Positions 1 through 12,694 of a DNA stretch of 34,485 nt are shown here, piece after piece. The DNA is from Macrostomum lignano. Its lineage: Eukaryota. The translations under genes and the position numbers were made by a program. Below the pieces are notes generated by a model, which worked only from the letters and a program-made list of their open reading frames with translations, was not told where the DNA came from and made no database searches. The DNA is taken from positions 1 to 34,485 of the forward strand of contig NIVC01003330.1 in NCBI GenBank assembly GCA_002269645.1, read 5' to 3'. Position 1 is the first letter of the stretch. Every line of letters starts with the position of its first letter.

Positions 1-1555
1 GCTTTCGTAGGCATGCATACCGTACGCTATAGGTCAGGTGTGCATTCAGGAATGGAACCTGCATACAGTCTTGGGAGACTTGGCCTTTAACTGAATTTCC
101 ATTAAACGCCAGAGGTACATCCTGATACAGCCTTCAATTTTTTATTCTTTTGCTCCTCCAATGAATCCTCTGCTTAAACAAAAAGAAATGTTGTTTTTTT
201 GAACATTTTTTTTACTGAAACAATTGACACGTTTTACAAATTGTCTCACTTGACAATGATGATAACAGTGCTTCTGTGAAGCGTAATTAGGAAATCTCAA
301 GCAGACTACTTTCCTGGTGACCTTTCCTGTTTTATAGCCGACGAACGAGCGCGTGGACGCAAGAACTTTGACCTTACAAGCATAAAATGATTAAGATTAA
401 GATTAACTTGCGTGACGGTTGAGCACGATAGAATGAAATCAATTATCAGATTATAATTGAATTAATCTGTCTTACAGACGGAACAAGGAGCTGCATACGG
501 ATTCATGTGACCTCGAAAACTTTGCTGAAGGCCAAGAAATGACTGAATAAAACACGGCCCTAAAAAAATTTCTAAGACAGATTTTACAAAGATTTTCTGT
601 TTTGCACAGCGCCAACTGAGGCTTTGACAATTAAAGTGTGTCCTGATCAAGAACGAAAATTATTCAAAGTTATTGAATCCCTTTGACCGTTCATTCGTGA
701 GTCGGTCGCTCTAAGTACTAAACTACGACCCTCTCATAGTTTCATATCATAAAAATTTTGAGTAGCTATACAGCTCGGACAGACACACTTTTTGCATTTG
801 GAACTCGGTGGTTCAGAAGGTGAGAGTTGAGAATTCTGCTGAGCAAGAACTGTAAAAAATAGAATCTTTCTATCTCCCTAATGCATTTTTGCAGCGGAAA
901 CTGACCTCTAGCAGTATAGCGGCGTCCTTCTGGTTGAGTTGTCCATGCTTGTAGATTAATGCAATTTCGGAAATTGCGAATATTTGTGTAAATCTGGACG
1001 AGACGTTGAGCTCTAGGGCCTCCGGATATCAGAGAAACAGTTTACTTAGTCAGAGTATGGAGAAAAATGTTTAATGCGGCTTTTTATCCATCTTAATCCA
1101 GCAATAGGAGTATTAGGCTCTCTTAGCTGGGCCGTTTTTATCACAGCTTAAATCAAGGTTTATCATATAAATAGGCACTTTAAGCGTGTGATATAGGGTA
1201 TAGCAAGATTTTCGCCTATACTATCGGGTAATATATTGCAATAGCTGATGGGGCAGCATCTGATTTTCCTGAGGTTCATGCAGATTAACGATCAAGATGA
1301 GGATCTGCTTGTTGTTATAGCTACTGAACTTAGAGCCGGGAAAATTTGTCGTCCCGAAAACCCGAGCAATAAGTGTGAAGCAAGTGTAAGGAATCTTTCT
1401 ATTGGTTAGTAGGGCCACTACGATTTCCTATTGGATGCTGGAGCGTTGGTTATTTCTACTATACAGCTGGCTAGTATATATGTGAGTGCGATCTGCCGCC
1501 ATCTTATCAAACTTACCGATTGAATAAATCATTTGCCAAGGATTCGTGCTAAATC

Positions 1556-2754
1556 ATGTCCTCAAGCGCTGATCCAGCTAATGACGACGAAAAGTACAGA
1601 GAGTTCGCCGAAATGTCGCAGTACATCACAGCTCTGGTGCTGTACCGATCGTGTCGCTTGTCGGCATGGCTGGGAGCGTGCTGTGCATCGTGGTGCTGAG
1701 CCAGCGTCAGATGCTAACCAGCACCAATGCCTACCTAATAGCCCTGGCCGTTGCCGATCTAATGAAGCTGGCCAACGATTTTTTGTACTTTCCAGCAACG
1801 CTGCTCCAAATGAACGCGTCCCGTCGAGGAGGTGCCGTGTTTGCTCACCTGTATCCGTACGCGTTCTTTCTGTCGCAGTACACCAGCGGATGCGCGGCCT
1901 GGCTCACTGTGGTGGTCGCCGGAGAGCGTTTCCTAATGGTGACGCACCCGAACTGGAGCCGGTACACCTTGACTGTGCGCAAGTCTCGAATTGTGTCAGC
2001 GATCACCTTCTCGGCTGTCCTGTTGGTCACCTGGCCCTACCTGTTGCGCTACGAAACGGTGTGCGATGCGTCCGACAACAATTCGACGAATAGTCTAGAC
2101 GGCGGCAACAATGACCCGGCGAATTCGACCGAGTGCACTTGGAAACCAGTGCCAAGCCGTCTCTGGTCTAGCAGCGCTCTGGCCAGCTACTCCAAGTACT
2201 ATGTGCAATGCCAGAGCTGCTTAAAGTCCCTGGTGCCGCTGATCATTCTGATTGTGCTGAACATTAGAATCGTCATGGCTGTTCGAGAAACTCGCGCCAA
2301 CAAAAAGTTGGCATCGAGGAATCGAGTCACTGTCATGCTGGTGGTGGTGATCCTGTGCTACATTGGCTTCACCATGCCAGACTCGGCCTTGTCCGCTTTG
2401 GGCTGGGGCTACACCGAAGTCACCTCCAATTTTCGGCGGGGAGTTCGCGAGATTAGCGACCTCCTTCTGGCCGTTAACTCCTCCGTCAACTTCTTTCTGT
2501 ACGTAGTGTTCAACAAGGTGTTCCGGCAGAATCTGCTGGCTCTGTGCTGCAGGTCGGCTGCGGGCCCAGTGGAGGGCGGCAGCAGACAGCCGGACTGGGC
2601 TGTCAGGGCGATGGCTGCAGCCGGGCAGCGGCAGTGGCAAAGCACAACCTCCAGAAGCAGACCCGGGATACGACCGCTTGCGGTTCGTCGGCCACGAGCT
2701 GCGCTAAGAATGGGCAGAGGCACGGCTGCGACAAGCCCCAGCAGCAGCGATTGA
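1556..2754 (+). CDS. Class A (rhodopsin-type) GPCR, FMRFamide/sex-peptide/myosuppressin-receptor-like group; single exon with a 1-nt frameshift at ~1645-1647
   Basis: ORF 1651-2754 has seven hydrophobic segments: LAVADL (TM2), AWLTVVVAGERF (TM3, DRY-like), long N-glycosylated ECL2, PLIILIVLN (TM5), TVMLVVVILCY..MPD (TM6), NSSVNFFLY..NKVFR (TM7/H8). An ATG at 1556 in the adjacent frame gives MSSSADPANDDEKYREFAEMSQYITALVLY, which joins PIVSLVGMAG if one C is restored at TAC-C[C]G-ATC. Confidence 0.9.
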
Positions 2755-3259
2755 ACCGACCGGCTGGAGGGGCAGCGAGTGCATCGCTGTGTCTGGCACC
2801 ACCGGCGGGACAGCACTCGCCGAAGAGTGCGCAGCGGCGAAGACAAACCGAGCTCCGAATTCTGGCGCCACCAAACCCGACAACGATTTCGAGTTCGACA
2901 ACGAGCTGAGTCCGCAGAGTTGGAACTTCCGTCGGCACAGTCACTGCCACGCCAAAAGCTTGGAGATTCATCCCGAGCATCAGCGGCTTCGTCCGACTGG
3001 CAGCAACCGGCGCCGCTGCGGCTCGCATCAGCAGTTCAGTCAGCAGGGCAAGCAGCTGCTCCATCATCAAGATCCCGGGATCGCCCGACAAAAAGAAGCA
3101 GCTGATGCAGCTGACCTGAACCTCAGCAGGAGAACTGCTAAACGCCAAGTTGAAGTTGTTGTGACGCTGGTTGTTCATCATCACGAATACGCGGCTCCAA
3201 CTGAATGCGATGAACAGGAGGAGAGAGTGGCCAATGCCCCGCAAGTTAGCGATCTGTGA
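2755..3259 (+). other. Probable continuation of the GPCR C-terminal tail in shifted frames
   Basis: GC-rich coding-like composition continues past the 2754 stop. Overlapping ORFs 2544-2909 and 2789-3259 are each one further 1-nt shift along, in the same direction as the 1646 shift. Composition turns AT-rich right after 3259. Confidence 0.5.
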
Positions 3260-3852
3260 CTCAGAATTGTAACAAAAGTTACATAAAATACTGCCCGAAT
3301 GTTGAACGCTCTATTACGAGTTACAGGCTCATGGAAAACTTAAAACATGTTTATAAAATTTTCTGTAAAAAGTTTTTAGCAAAAGATGTGTCGTGACTTT
3401 TTTGAGGTTTTACAGTGATACATGTGAGCCCTGCACGCTCCTTAGTAGTCTCACCTGCAAAAGTAGCGATTGTTGTGTCTTGCGAAAGCTTGGTAGACAG
3501 GCATGACCCCGATAGTCAAGACTTCTATTCTGTCAAATTCTTAATTGTCAACTGATTTAAATAACTGTAATTTGTTTCGGAAATTGTTCCTTGGGAATAC
3601 AAAATTGATTTGCTTGATTAAACAGAAATTCTGAAATAAAACTGTAAATGGACCTCATTTATTGTTATTAAAAGCAATTTTCAGCTATAGTCAGTCACTC
3701 TGTTATTTTAACCTCCTGAGTCAATAAATGCGGTCGCGCTGACAAATGATAACAGCCAAAATCAACAGTGCTCGTTATCACAAAGCACCTTTTCTTAGAC
3801 GATGATGCCGCAAGCCTCTTCTTAGACGATAAACTTCCGCTTCCATTCCATG

Positions 3853-4246
3853 GGTGCTGGCGCCCCTTGGTGCTGGCGCCCCTTGGTGCTGGCGTCCCTT
3901 GGTGCTGGCGTCCCTTGGTGCTGGCGCCCCTTGGTGCTGGCGCCCCTTGGTGCTGGCGCCCCTTGGTGCTGGCGCCCCTTGGTGCTGGCGCCCCTTGGTG
4001 CTGGCGCCCCTTGGTGCTGGCGCCCCTTGATGCTGGCGCCCCTTGGTGCTGGCGCCCCTTGGTGCTGGCGCCCCTTGGTGCTGGCGCCCTTGGTGCTGGC
4101 GCCCCTTGGCGCTGGCGCCCCTTGGTGCTGGCGCCCCTTGGTGCTGGCGCCCCTTGATGCTGGCGCCCCTTGGTGCTGGCGCCCCTTGGTGCTGGCGCCC
4201 CTTGGTGCTGGCGCCCCTTGGTGCTGGCGCCCCTTGGTGCTGGCGC
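3853..4246. repeat. 16-bp minisatellite GGTGCTGGCGCCCCTT, ~25 copies
   Basis: Directly visible periodicity; accounts for the repetitive ORFs at 3768-4354. Confidence 0.97.
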
Positions 4247-4863
4247 GCTTTAATCCACGCTACTGCAAGAACTGCGGCTGTAACACACTGCACTAAAGTT
4301 AGTACAACATACAAAATACAATTGCCCATTCACGCTTATTTAGCAGTTTGCTAATTTAAGAATCTTCCAAAGTCAGTCAGTTTCCTCAGTCATCGACATT
4401 CACTTGCCGTGTCACTATGGATTATGTTTCCAGCGCACACGTTTGAGTAGCCGGAAATAAGAAACTCGAACCTGTCAGGCAGCCTCTTCCTGCATTTCAC
4501 AGAGCACGATTCGCTTCAATTTCAACTTACAAGACGGACATTGTCACGCGATATCTTCTACGAAACTATGGCCAGAAAAATCGTTGCAAAAGAAATGCGT
4601 TTAAAACAAAATTTGAATAGTTTTTTTGACCTCCTGATGGCATGATGCGCGGTTCGAAAAATGTGCGTAGGCGATTGGCACGAATCGAAGTCTCGAAAAT
4701 TTTTCTAATTATTTTTGTGATTGGCTTTTACGTTTAATTATCACTGGTACATACACAAGCCATAAAGATTGCCTTCTAAAGGTACCAATGGATTTTACGG
4801 AATGATTTTCAATAGAATTGCAGACAGAAACATGTAAGAGTGTAGCGAGAGTTTTTTTTAAAA

Positions 4864-5481
4864 GGCGTGCCATTTCATTTGAGGGGGCGCCATTTAGGTG
4901 GAGGGGCGCGATTTCATTCGAGGGGGCGCCATTTCATTTGTGAGGGGCGCCATTTCATTTGAGGGGGCGCCATTTCATTTAAGGGGCACCATTTCAGTGG
5001 AGGGGGCGCGATTTTATTCGAGGGGGCGCCATTTCATTTGTGAGGGGCGCCATTTCATTTGAGAGGGGCGCCATTACATTTGAAAGGGGCGCTATTTTGT
5101 TTGGAGAGGCGCCACTTCATTGGGGGGTGCCATTTCATTGGGGGGGTGCCATTTCATTGGGGGTGCCATTTCATTGGGGGGTGCCATTTCATTGGGGGGT
5201 GCCATTTCATTGAAGGGGGGCGCCATTTCATTGGGGAAGAGTGCCATTTCATTGGGGGGGGCGCCATTTCATTGGGGGGCGCCATTTCATTGGGGGGCGC
5301 CATTTCATTGGGGGGCGCCATTTCATTGGGGGGTGCCACTTCATTGGGGGGGCGCCATTTCATTGGGGGGGCGCCATTTCATTGGGGGGGTGCCACTTCA
5401 TTGGGGGGGCGCCATTTCATTGGGGGAGTGCCATTTCATTGGGGGGGCGCCATTTCATTGGGGGGGGGGGTGCCATTTCAC
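4864..5481. repeat. 18-20-bp minisatellite GCCATTTCATT(T)G(A)GGGGG(C/T), G-run rich
   Basis: Directly visible; unit drifts from GCCATTTCATTTGAGGGGGC to GCCATTTCATTGGGGGGGC. Confidence 0.95.
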
Positions 5482-5998
5482 TTAAATCTTAAAAGTCATC
5501 CTAAAGGATCGCCCCTTCCAATGTCTTGGTATAGGCTACCAAGCAATTGAAATAAAAGCTTCCATTAAGTTAATTAGTCACTCGTGAAAAACCTTTTTTT
5601 GCGTTTTTGCATCAGTGCTGGATGGAATAGCAAAATGTATTTCAGATTAATTCTTCAAGAATCATAATTTCAAGCGTTCGACAAAGACGTCACACACTGG
5701 CAAACCTGGAATCTCGACCGTACCCTCTACAGATTTTTAATTAGGCAGACCTGTAATATATCAACAGAAACTTTTTCCTTTTTCATTTCACTAACTAAGG
5801 GGCGAAAACTTTGCCAGGATTTCTTCGCGAAAATCAATTTAATTTAGATAAATCATTGAAATGGATTTCTTTTTATAATTATCAAAAATTTATTACCCAC
5901 TTATTGTTTTGATTTGTTCTACAATAACATTTTACTTCGGCTAGACTTAACATCAATCATAATTTTTATGACTAAAGTAGATGAACCACAGCGAACCA

Positions 5999-7098
5999 CA
6001 GTCACTGAAGGTCATAGACAGTCACTGATGGTCATACACAGTCACTGAAGGTCATACACAGTCACTGAAGATCATATACAGTCACAGAAGATCATATACA
6101 GTCACAGAAGATCATACACAGTCACCGGAGATCATACACAGTCACCGGAGATCATATACAGTCACAGAAGATCATACACAGTCACAGAAGATCATACACA
6201 GTCACCGGAGATCATACACAGTCACCGGAGATCATATACAGTCACAGAAGATCATACACAGTCACAGAAGATCATACACAGTCACCGGAGATCATACACA
6301 GTCACAGAAGATCATACACAGTCACCGGAGATCATACACAGTCACAGAAGATCATACACAGTCACCGGAGATCATATACAGTCACAGAAGATCATATACA
6401 GTCACAGAAGATCATATACAGTCACAGAAGATCATACACAGTCACCGGAGATCATACACAGTCACAGAAGATCATACACAGTCACCGGAGATCATATACA
6501 GTCACAGAAGATCATATACAGTCACAGAAGATCATATACAGTCACAGAAGATCATACACAGTCACCGGAGATCATATACAGTCACAGAAGATCATATACA
6601 GTCACAGAAGATCATACACAGTCACCGGAGATCATATACAGTCACAGAAGATCATACACAGTCACCGGAGATCATACACAGTCATTGAAGATCATACACA
6701 GTCACTGAAGATCATACACAGTCACTGAAGATCATATACAGTCACAGAAGATCATACACAGTCACCGGAGATCATACACAGTCACTGAAGATCATATACA
6801 GTCACAGAAGATCATACACAGTCACCGGAGATTATACACAGTCACTGAAGATCATACAGTCACTGAAGATCATACACAGTCACCGGAGATTATACACAGT
6901 CACTGAAGATCATACAGTCACTGAAGATCATACACAGTCACCGGAGATTATACACAGTCACTGAAGATCATACAGTCACTGAAGATCATACACAGTCACC
7001 GGAGATTATACACAGTCACTGAAGATCATACACTCACTGAAGATCATACAGTCACTGAAGATCATACACAGTCACCGGAGATCATACAGTCACTGATG
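5999..7098. repeat. 20-bp minisatellite CAGTCAC(A/C/T)G(A/G)AGATCATA(C/T)A, ~55 copies
   Basis: Sequence lines repeat in register every 20 nt. A 58-bp higher-order unit (20+18+20) is present at ~6820-7020. Confidence 0.97.
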
Positions 7099-7460
7099 GA
7101 AAATAAACAGTCGCTAAAGGTTATACAGAGTATCTGATAATGATGAACTTACGTCATAGAAGATTGCATGTACGTCATTGAATGTCATGCAACTGCAAGA
7201 TGATAGAATGATTCAAGAGGCAACAGAGGGCAGTACACAGTTTGGAGCAAAATTATCAAACAATTTGTGCTTTCTGACAGTAATTCGGCTTCTCAATGCC
7301 TATTGCGTGTCAGCATGCGGTTACCTAAGAAGATGAAGATTAGAATTTTTTATACGTAATTTTTTATAGAATGCAAGACTGACATGGAGTACTGAATAGA
7401 GAATTCTTGTGAAATAAAGATCTCGACCTCGTAATAGTGTTAAATTGTATTTACTCTAGT

Positions 7461-8070
<610 letters not shown>

Positions 8071-8717
8071 CTCGCATAATACAATTGTTTTGATAAAACT
8101 GACGACACAAAAATGTCAATAGATCCAATCATTCAATCAGAACCAATGCACTATGAGGCGCCCCATTTATATCTATACATTATATCTAAGTCAGAAAAAC
8201 ACGCAGCTTTGAAGTGCCGCCAAAAACAGCAGCTACCTCCTATTTGAATACGCAATCGTCAAGCCCTCCCACATTGTCTGCATAAAAGGATGTTTCATTT
8301 AGGAATTTACTAAAGGTACAATTAATCCTCAATACTGTATTGAGCTGTGTCTGCATAAATTAATCATTAGACTTTTGAACTCCATTGAGTTAGCTCGTAA
8401 GGTTGAGCAAACTCACCAGCGTGAAAGATCAATGTCGATTTTTTAAACGAGTGCAGCTAAATTACCGGTGCTAATGGGCTTCGCTTCTTCCTTTTAACTT
8501 TTTACGAGTTCTGCCGACCAGGCTGTCTAAGCAATGAAACCAGAGTGTACTTTTAGCAGTTTTTTTTCAGAATTTTCTTAACTAAACCTGTGAAAAATAG
8601 TGGCTCACGGTTAATGAGTTCTATTGATCTATTGAATCGATGTCAAGAATTTAGACTTAGAACTTTTGTTTTAGCCAAACCTTAATTTTTAAACTCAATT
8701 TTACTAAAATAAAAATA

Positions 8718-8874
8718 GCGCTATTTCATTTGAGGGGCGCCATTTCATTTGAGGGGCGCCATTTCATTTGAGGAGGTGCCATTTCATTTGAGGGGCGCCA
8801 TTTCATTTGAGGGGCGCCATTTCATTTGAGGGGGCGCCATTTTATTAGAGGGAGCGCCATTTCATTTGAGAGGG
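8718..8874. repeat. ~19-bp minisatellite GCCATTTCATTTGAGGGGC, ~8 copies; same family as 4864-5481
   Basis: Unit essentially identical to the first part of the 4864 array, same orientation. Confidence 0.93.
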
Positions 8875-9163
8875 TCATGGACAACTTAATTAGGCGGATT
8901 GGAAAATTCGTTTTATCGAAAAAAAAACTCTTCAGACGTAGCAATTTTAATTTTTAACGAAAAATTGGGGATTTAATTATCATCTGAATTTGAAGATAAT
9001 GACGATATTGTCTTTATTAGTGACCTTTAGATTGGAAATAATAGTGCATTTCTTGCGAAATTTCTGCAACCTTATACTGGAAGAGATCGATGTAAAAATA
9101 GACAATCAATGCCAATCAAAATGGAATTTCTCTTTCAGTTTACCCAACGAAATTCTGAGAAGT

Positions 9164-9870
9164 GGAGAGGGAAGGAGAAAAGAGGAGAGGAGAAGAGAAG
9201 AGATGAGAGGAGAGGAGATGAGAGGAGATGAGAGGAGAGGAGAGGAGATAAGAGGAGAGGATAGGAAAGGAGAGGAGATGAGAAGAGAGGAGATGAGAGG
9301 ATAGGAGAGAAGCGGAGAGGAGAGGAGAGGACAGGAGATAAGATGAGAGGAGATGAGAAGAGAGGAGATAAGAGGAGAGGATAGGAAAGGAGAGGAGATG
9401 AGAAGAGAGGAGATGAGAGGATAGGAGAGAAGCGGAGAGGAGAGGAGAGGACAGGAGATAAGATGAGAGGAGATGAGAAGAGAGGAGATAAGAGGAGAGG
9501 ATAGGAAAGGAGAGATGAGATGAGATGAGAGGAGAGGAGAGGAGAGGAAAGGAGAGGAGATGAGAGGAGAGGAAAGGAGAGGAGAGGAGAGGAAAGTAGA
9601 GATGAGATGAGAGGAGAGGAAAGGAGAGGAGATGAGAGAAAAGGAGATGAGAGGAGAGGAGAGGAAAGGAGAGATGAGATGAGAAGAGAGGAGAGGACAG
9701 GAGATGAGATGAGAGGAGAGGAAAGGAGATGAGATGAGAGGAGAGGAGAGGACTGGAGATGAGAGGAGAGGAGAGGACTGGAGATGAGATGAGAGGAGAG
9801 GATAGGATAGGAGAGAAGAGGAGAGGAGAGAAAAGGAGAGGAGAGGAGAGGATAGGAGAGGAGAGTGAGG
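9164..9870. repeat. Polypurine (GGAGA)n-type pentamer satellite with a 120-bp higher-order duplication
   Basis: Almost purely A/G on the + strand; 9241-9360 is identical to 9361-9480. Confidence 0.97.
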
Positions 9871-10501
9871 GATGATTATGATTCACCTAATACCCAGTAG
9901 TTTAGCTATGGTAGCTACAGTGTATTTCATACAGTGCATTAAAGTATGTAGAGCGATTTCGGATGCACAATAATTATAAGGGAGATCGCAGGAATAAAAC
10001 GAAGCAATGCATGATATGAACAGACTGTGGCACAGGAAATAATATATGAGATGCGATCAAGGAGAATCCAGTAGACTGCAGTATACATTTATACCATATA
10101 TCTGGTAAGTACAAGCACACACTTTCGATGGGAAAACATCCCTCAAATACATGTGGTCCAAACGGCCGTTTTTTACAGCTTGTATTGCCTTCATAAACTA
10201 TGTGTACCTATGATGCAGAACGGTTGCAAATAACGTTTATGCTGAAAGCAAAAGCCTATATAGACAAAGTTATGGGCTAAACCAGACGTCATTGATGGCT
10301 GTAAGAGCTTACAAAACGTCCATCAGCTAATGCATTTGTGCCTCGAGTATGAACGCATTTTGACCAGCCTTCATCTAGCGGCCATTTTCTTAAAACCAGA
10401 CACAGACAGTCAGAATGGTAAATAAAAAAATGAAATCTTAGGCTCGTATTTCTAAGAATTCCAAATAAGATAAACATCTAGAATTTTTATACTAGCAGCT
10501 G

Positions 10502-11346
10502 GAAAATCGAGAGTGAGATTTGAGAATAGAGATTGAGATTTTAAAATCGATGCTAAGATTTGAGAATCGAGGGTGAAATTTGAAAATCCAATGTGAGATT
10601 TGAGAATCCAATGTGAGATTTTAGAATCAAGGCTGAGATTTGAGAATCTAGGGTGAGATTTAAGAATCGAGAGTGAGATTTGAGAATCGAGAGTGAGATT
10701 TGAGAATCGATAGTGAGATTTGAAAATCAAGGGTGAGATTTGATAATCAGGGGTGAGATTTAAGAATCGAGAGTGAGATTTGAGAATCGTTAGTGAGATT
10801 TGAGAACCGATAGTGAGATTTAAGAATCAAAATTGAGATTTAAGAATCAAGAGTGAGATTTGAGAATCAAGGGTGAGATTTTAGAATCGAGGGTGAGATT
10901 TAAGAATCGTGGGTGAGAGTTTAGAATCGAGGGTGAGATGAGAACCGAGGGTGAGATTTTAGAATCGAGGGTGAGATTTAAGAATCGTGGGTGAGAGTTT
11001 AGAATCGAGGGTGAGATTTAAGAATCGTGGGTGAGAGTTTAGAATCGAGGGTGAGATGAGAACCGAGGGTGAGATTTGAGAATCGAAAGTGAGATTTGAG
11101 AATCAAGAGTGAGATTTGAGAATCAAGGGTGAGATTAAAGAATCGAGGGTGAGATTAAAGAATCAAAGGTTGGGATTTGAGAATCGAGGGTGAGATTTGA
11201 GAATCGAGAGTGAGATTTGAGCATCAAGAGTGAGATTTGAGAATCAAGGGTGAGATTAAAGAATCGAGGGTGAGATTTGAGAATTGAGAGTGAGATTTGA
11301 GAATCGAGGGTGAGGTTTGAGAATCGAGTGAGAGATCTGAGAATCA
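10502..11346. repeat. Degenerate 20-bp minisatellite GAGAATCGAGGGTGAGATTT, ~42 copies
   Basis: Visible periodicity; variants often differ at the CG (CG/CA/TG). Confidence 0.93.
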
Positions 11347-12224
11347 ATTTAACCTAGGATTCGGGACACATACCTTTTGGGCATTAGGAAAACATTGCGC
11401 CAGGAAACAAGAGCGCAATCTCGCGAAAGCAAATGACAAGTTTGACAAATCCTCTTAAAATGGTTTCCAGGGCGCAGTCGGCTCTCAAATTGCAGCTGAT
11501 TGCGTGCTGCATAAGATTTCCAGGCAACAATTGTTTGTTGGAAAAATTCAGCAGCTTGCAGAAGCTATTTTAAATCAGCCTACTAGTTAGCCTACTAGTA
11601 GTAGAAGAAAAGCGTTTTCAGTAAAAAATGAATAAAAAAGCAAAATTCTCTTCACTGTCGTGAAATAACATTACAGTAAAATTAAGAAGCTATCTGAGAG
11701 CTTTTAATTTAGAAAATCTTTATTATAAGCACACTATACATGCCAGTTTAAACAAATATACATAAATACAGCAAAAAGAGTTTTATTAATAAGTTGGAAG
11801 TGAATTTTTGAATTAGAATACACGATGGAGTGAGTGCTTAATTGGCAGATTTTGAACTGATATTATTTTTCTTTATTACGGCACTGCCAGTGAATTTTAA
11901 ACACGTTAAAGCTGCACAGTGAACGTGGAATGCTTCGCCAAAGTTTCTGTTTACGCTAATATAGATCAAAATTAATGGAATGTATTAAAAAGAATTGTAA
12001 ATCTCAAATTAAGGTAATTTAAGCTACTTTCAGTAGAATTTTTGCGAATTTCGCGCGATAGTAACTTTACAAATGATGAGGAATGCTATTCAATAAATCT
12101 ACTAAATATTTTTTCGTAATTAAGTTGCGGATGCAAACACAATGCATGGTATGGAATAATTACAGTTTCGATGCATGAATAACTATGCAATTTCATGTAT
12201 GATTGATAGAGCTTACTTTATGCA

Positions 12225-12376
12225 TTTTCGATACATATCGGCAATGTATAAAAGTGAACTTTGTACTATAATTTATCTAGTCTAATTTACATACTTTTGA
12301 TACATATCGCCAATTAAAAAGTGAACTTCGTACTAGTTTAGGCGAGTCTAATTTACATACTTTCGATACATATCGG
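12225..12376. repeat. ~68-bp imperfect tandem duplication (~2.3 units) containing TTTCGATACATATCGG
   Basis: The blocks gatacatatcg..aaaagtgaactt.gtacta..agtctaatttacatacttt recur. Confidence 0.8.
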
Positions 12377-12484
12377 CACGATAATTAAAAAAACACAAAC
12401 AAGGACAGAGCAGCGTGATGAAGTGTATAAGAATAATAAGTTAATTTTAAAAAACTTAGGCAACCCCCAGGATTCGAACCCCTG

Positions 12485-12694
12485 TTACGGCGCCCAAACT
12501 CGCATTGAACAATCAGCTGATCCGGTGAATAAGCGGCTATTGCACACTGCCATCGCTGTCACAATGCCTTGATGCCGTTGCAAAGTTTGAGTGCGCAGCA
12601 TATTGTGCAGGCTCCACACCGCTACCGACATGTCGTGCGACCCGGATAGCAGCTTCAGACCGGCGCTGGTTCGCATCACAGACAGGCAACTCAC
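12485..12694 (-). CDS. TRAF7: TRAF7 exon 5 (last WD40 repeats, stop)
   Basis: Acceptor ttttag, VSCLSV..LLSGSHD..RHQGIVTAM..RVWAP-stop. Confidence 0.92.
   Translation of the reverse strand: MSCLSVMRTSAGLKLLSGSHDMSVAVWSLHNMLRTQTLQRHQGIVTAMAVCNSRLFTGSADCSMRVWAP

Noticed and set aside
1533-3244. Alternative-frame and antisense ORFs over the GPCR (1533-2093, 2221-2640, 2409-2846, 2603-3244)
   Set aside because: Expected shadows of a GC-rich CDS; no recognisable motifs.
12458-12484. Perfect B-box GGTTCGAATCC (minus strand) just after the TRAF7 stop, as a tRNA gene
   Set aside because: No cloverleaf or A-box; the upstream sequence is TRAF7 coding. At most an isolated TFIIIC-type site or repeat relic.
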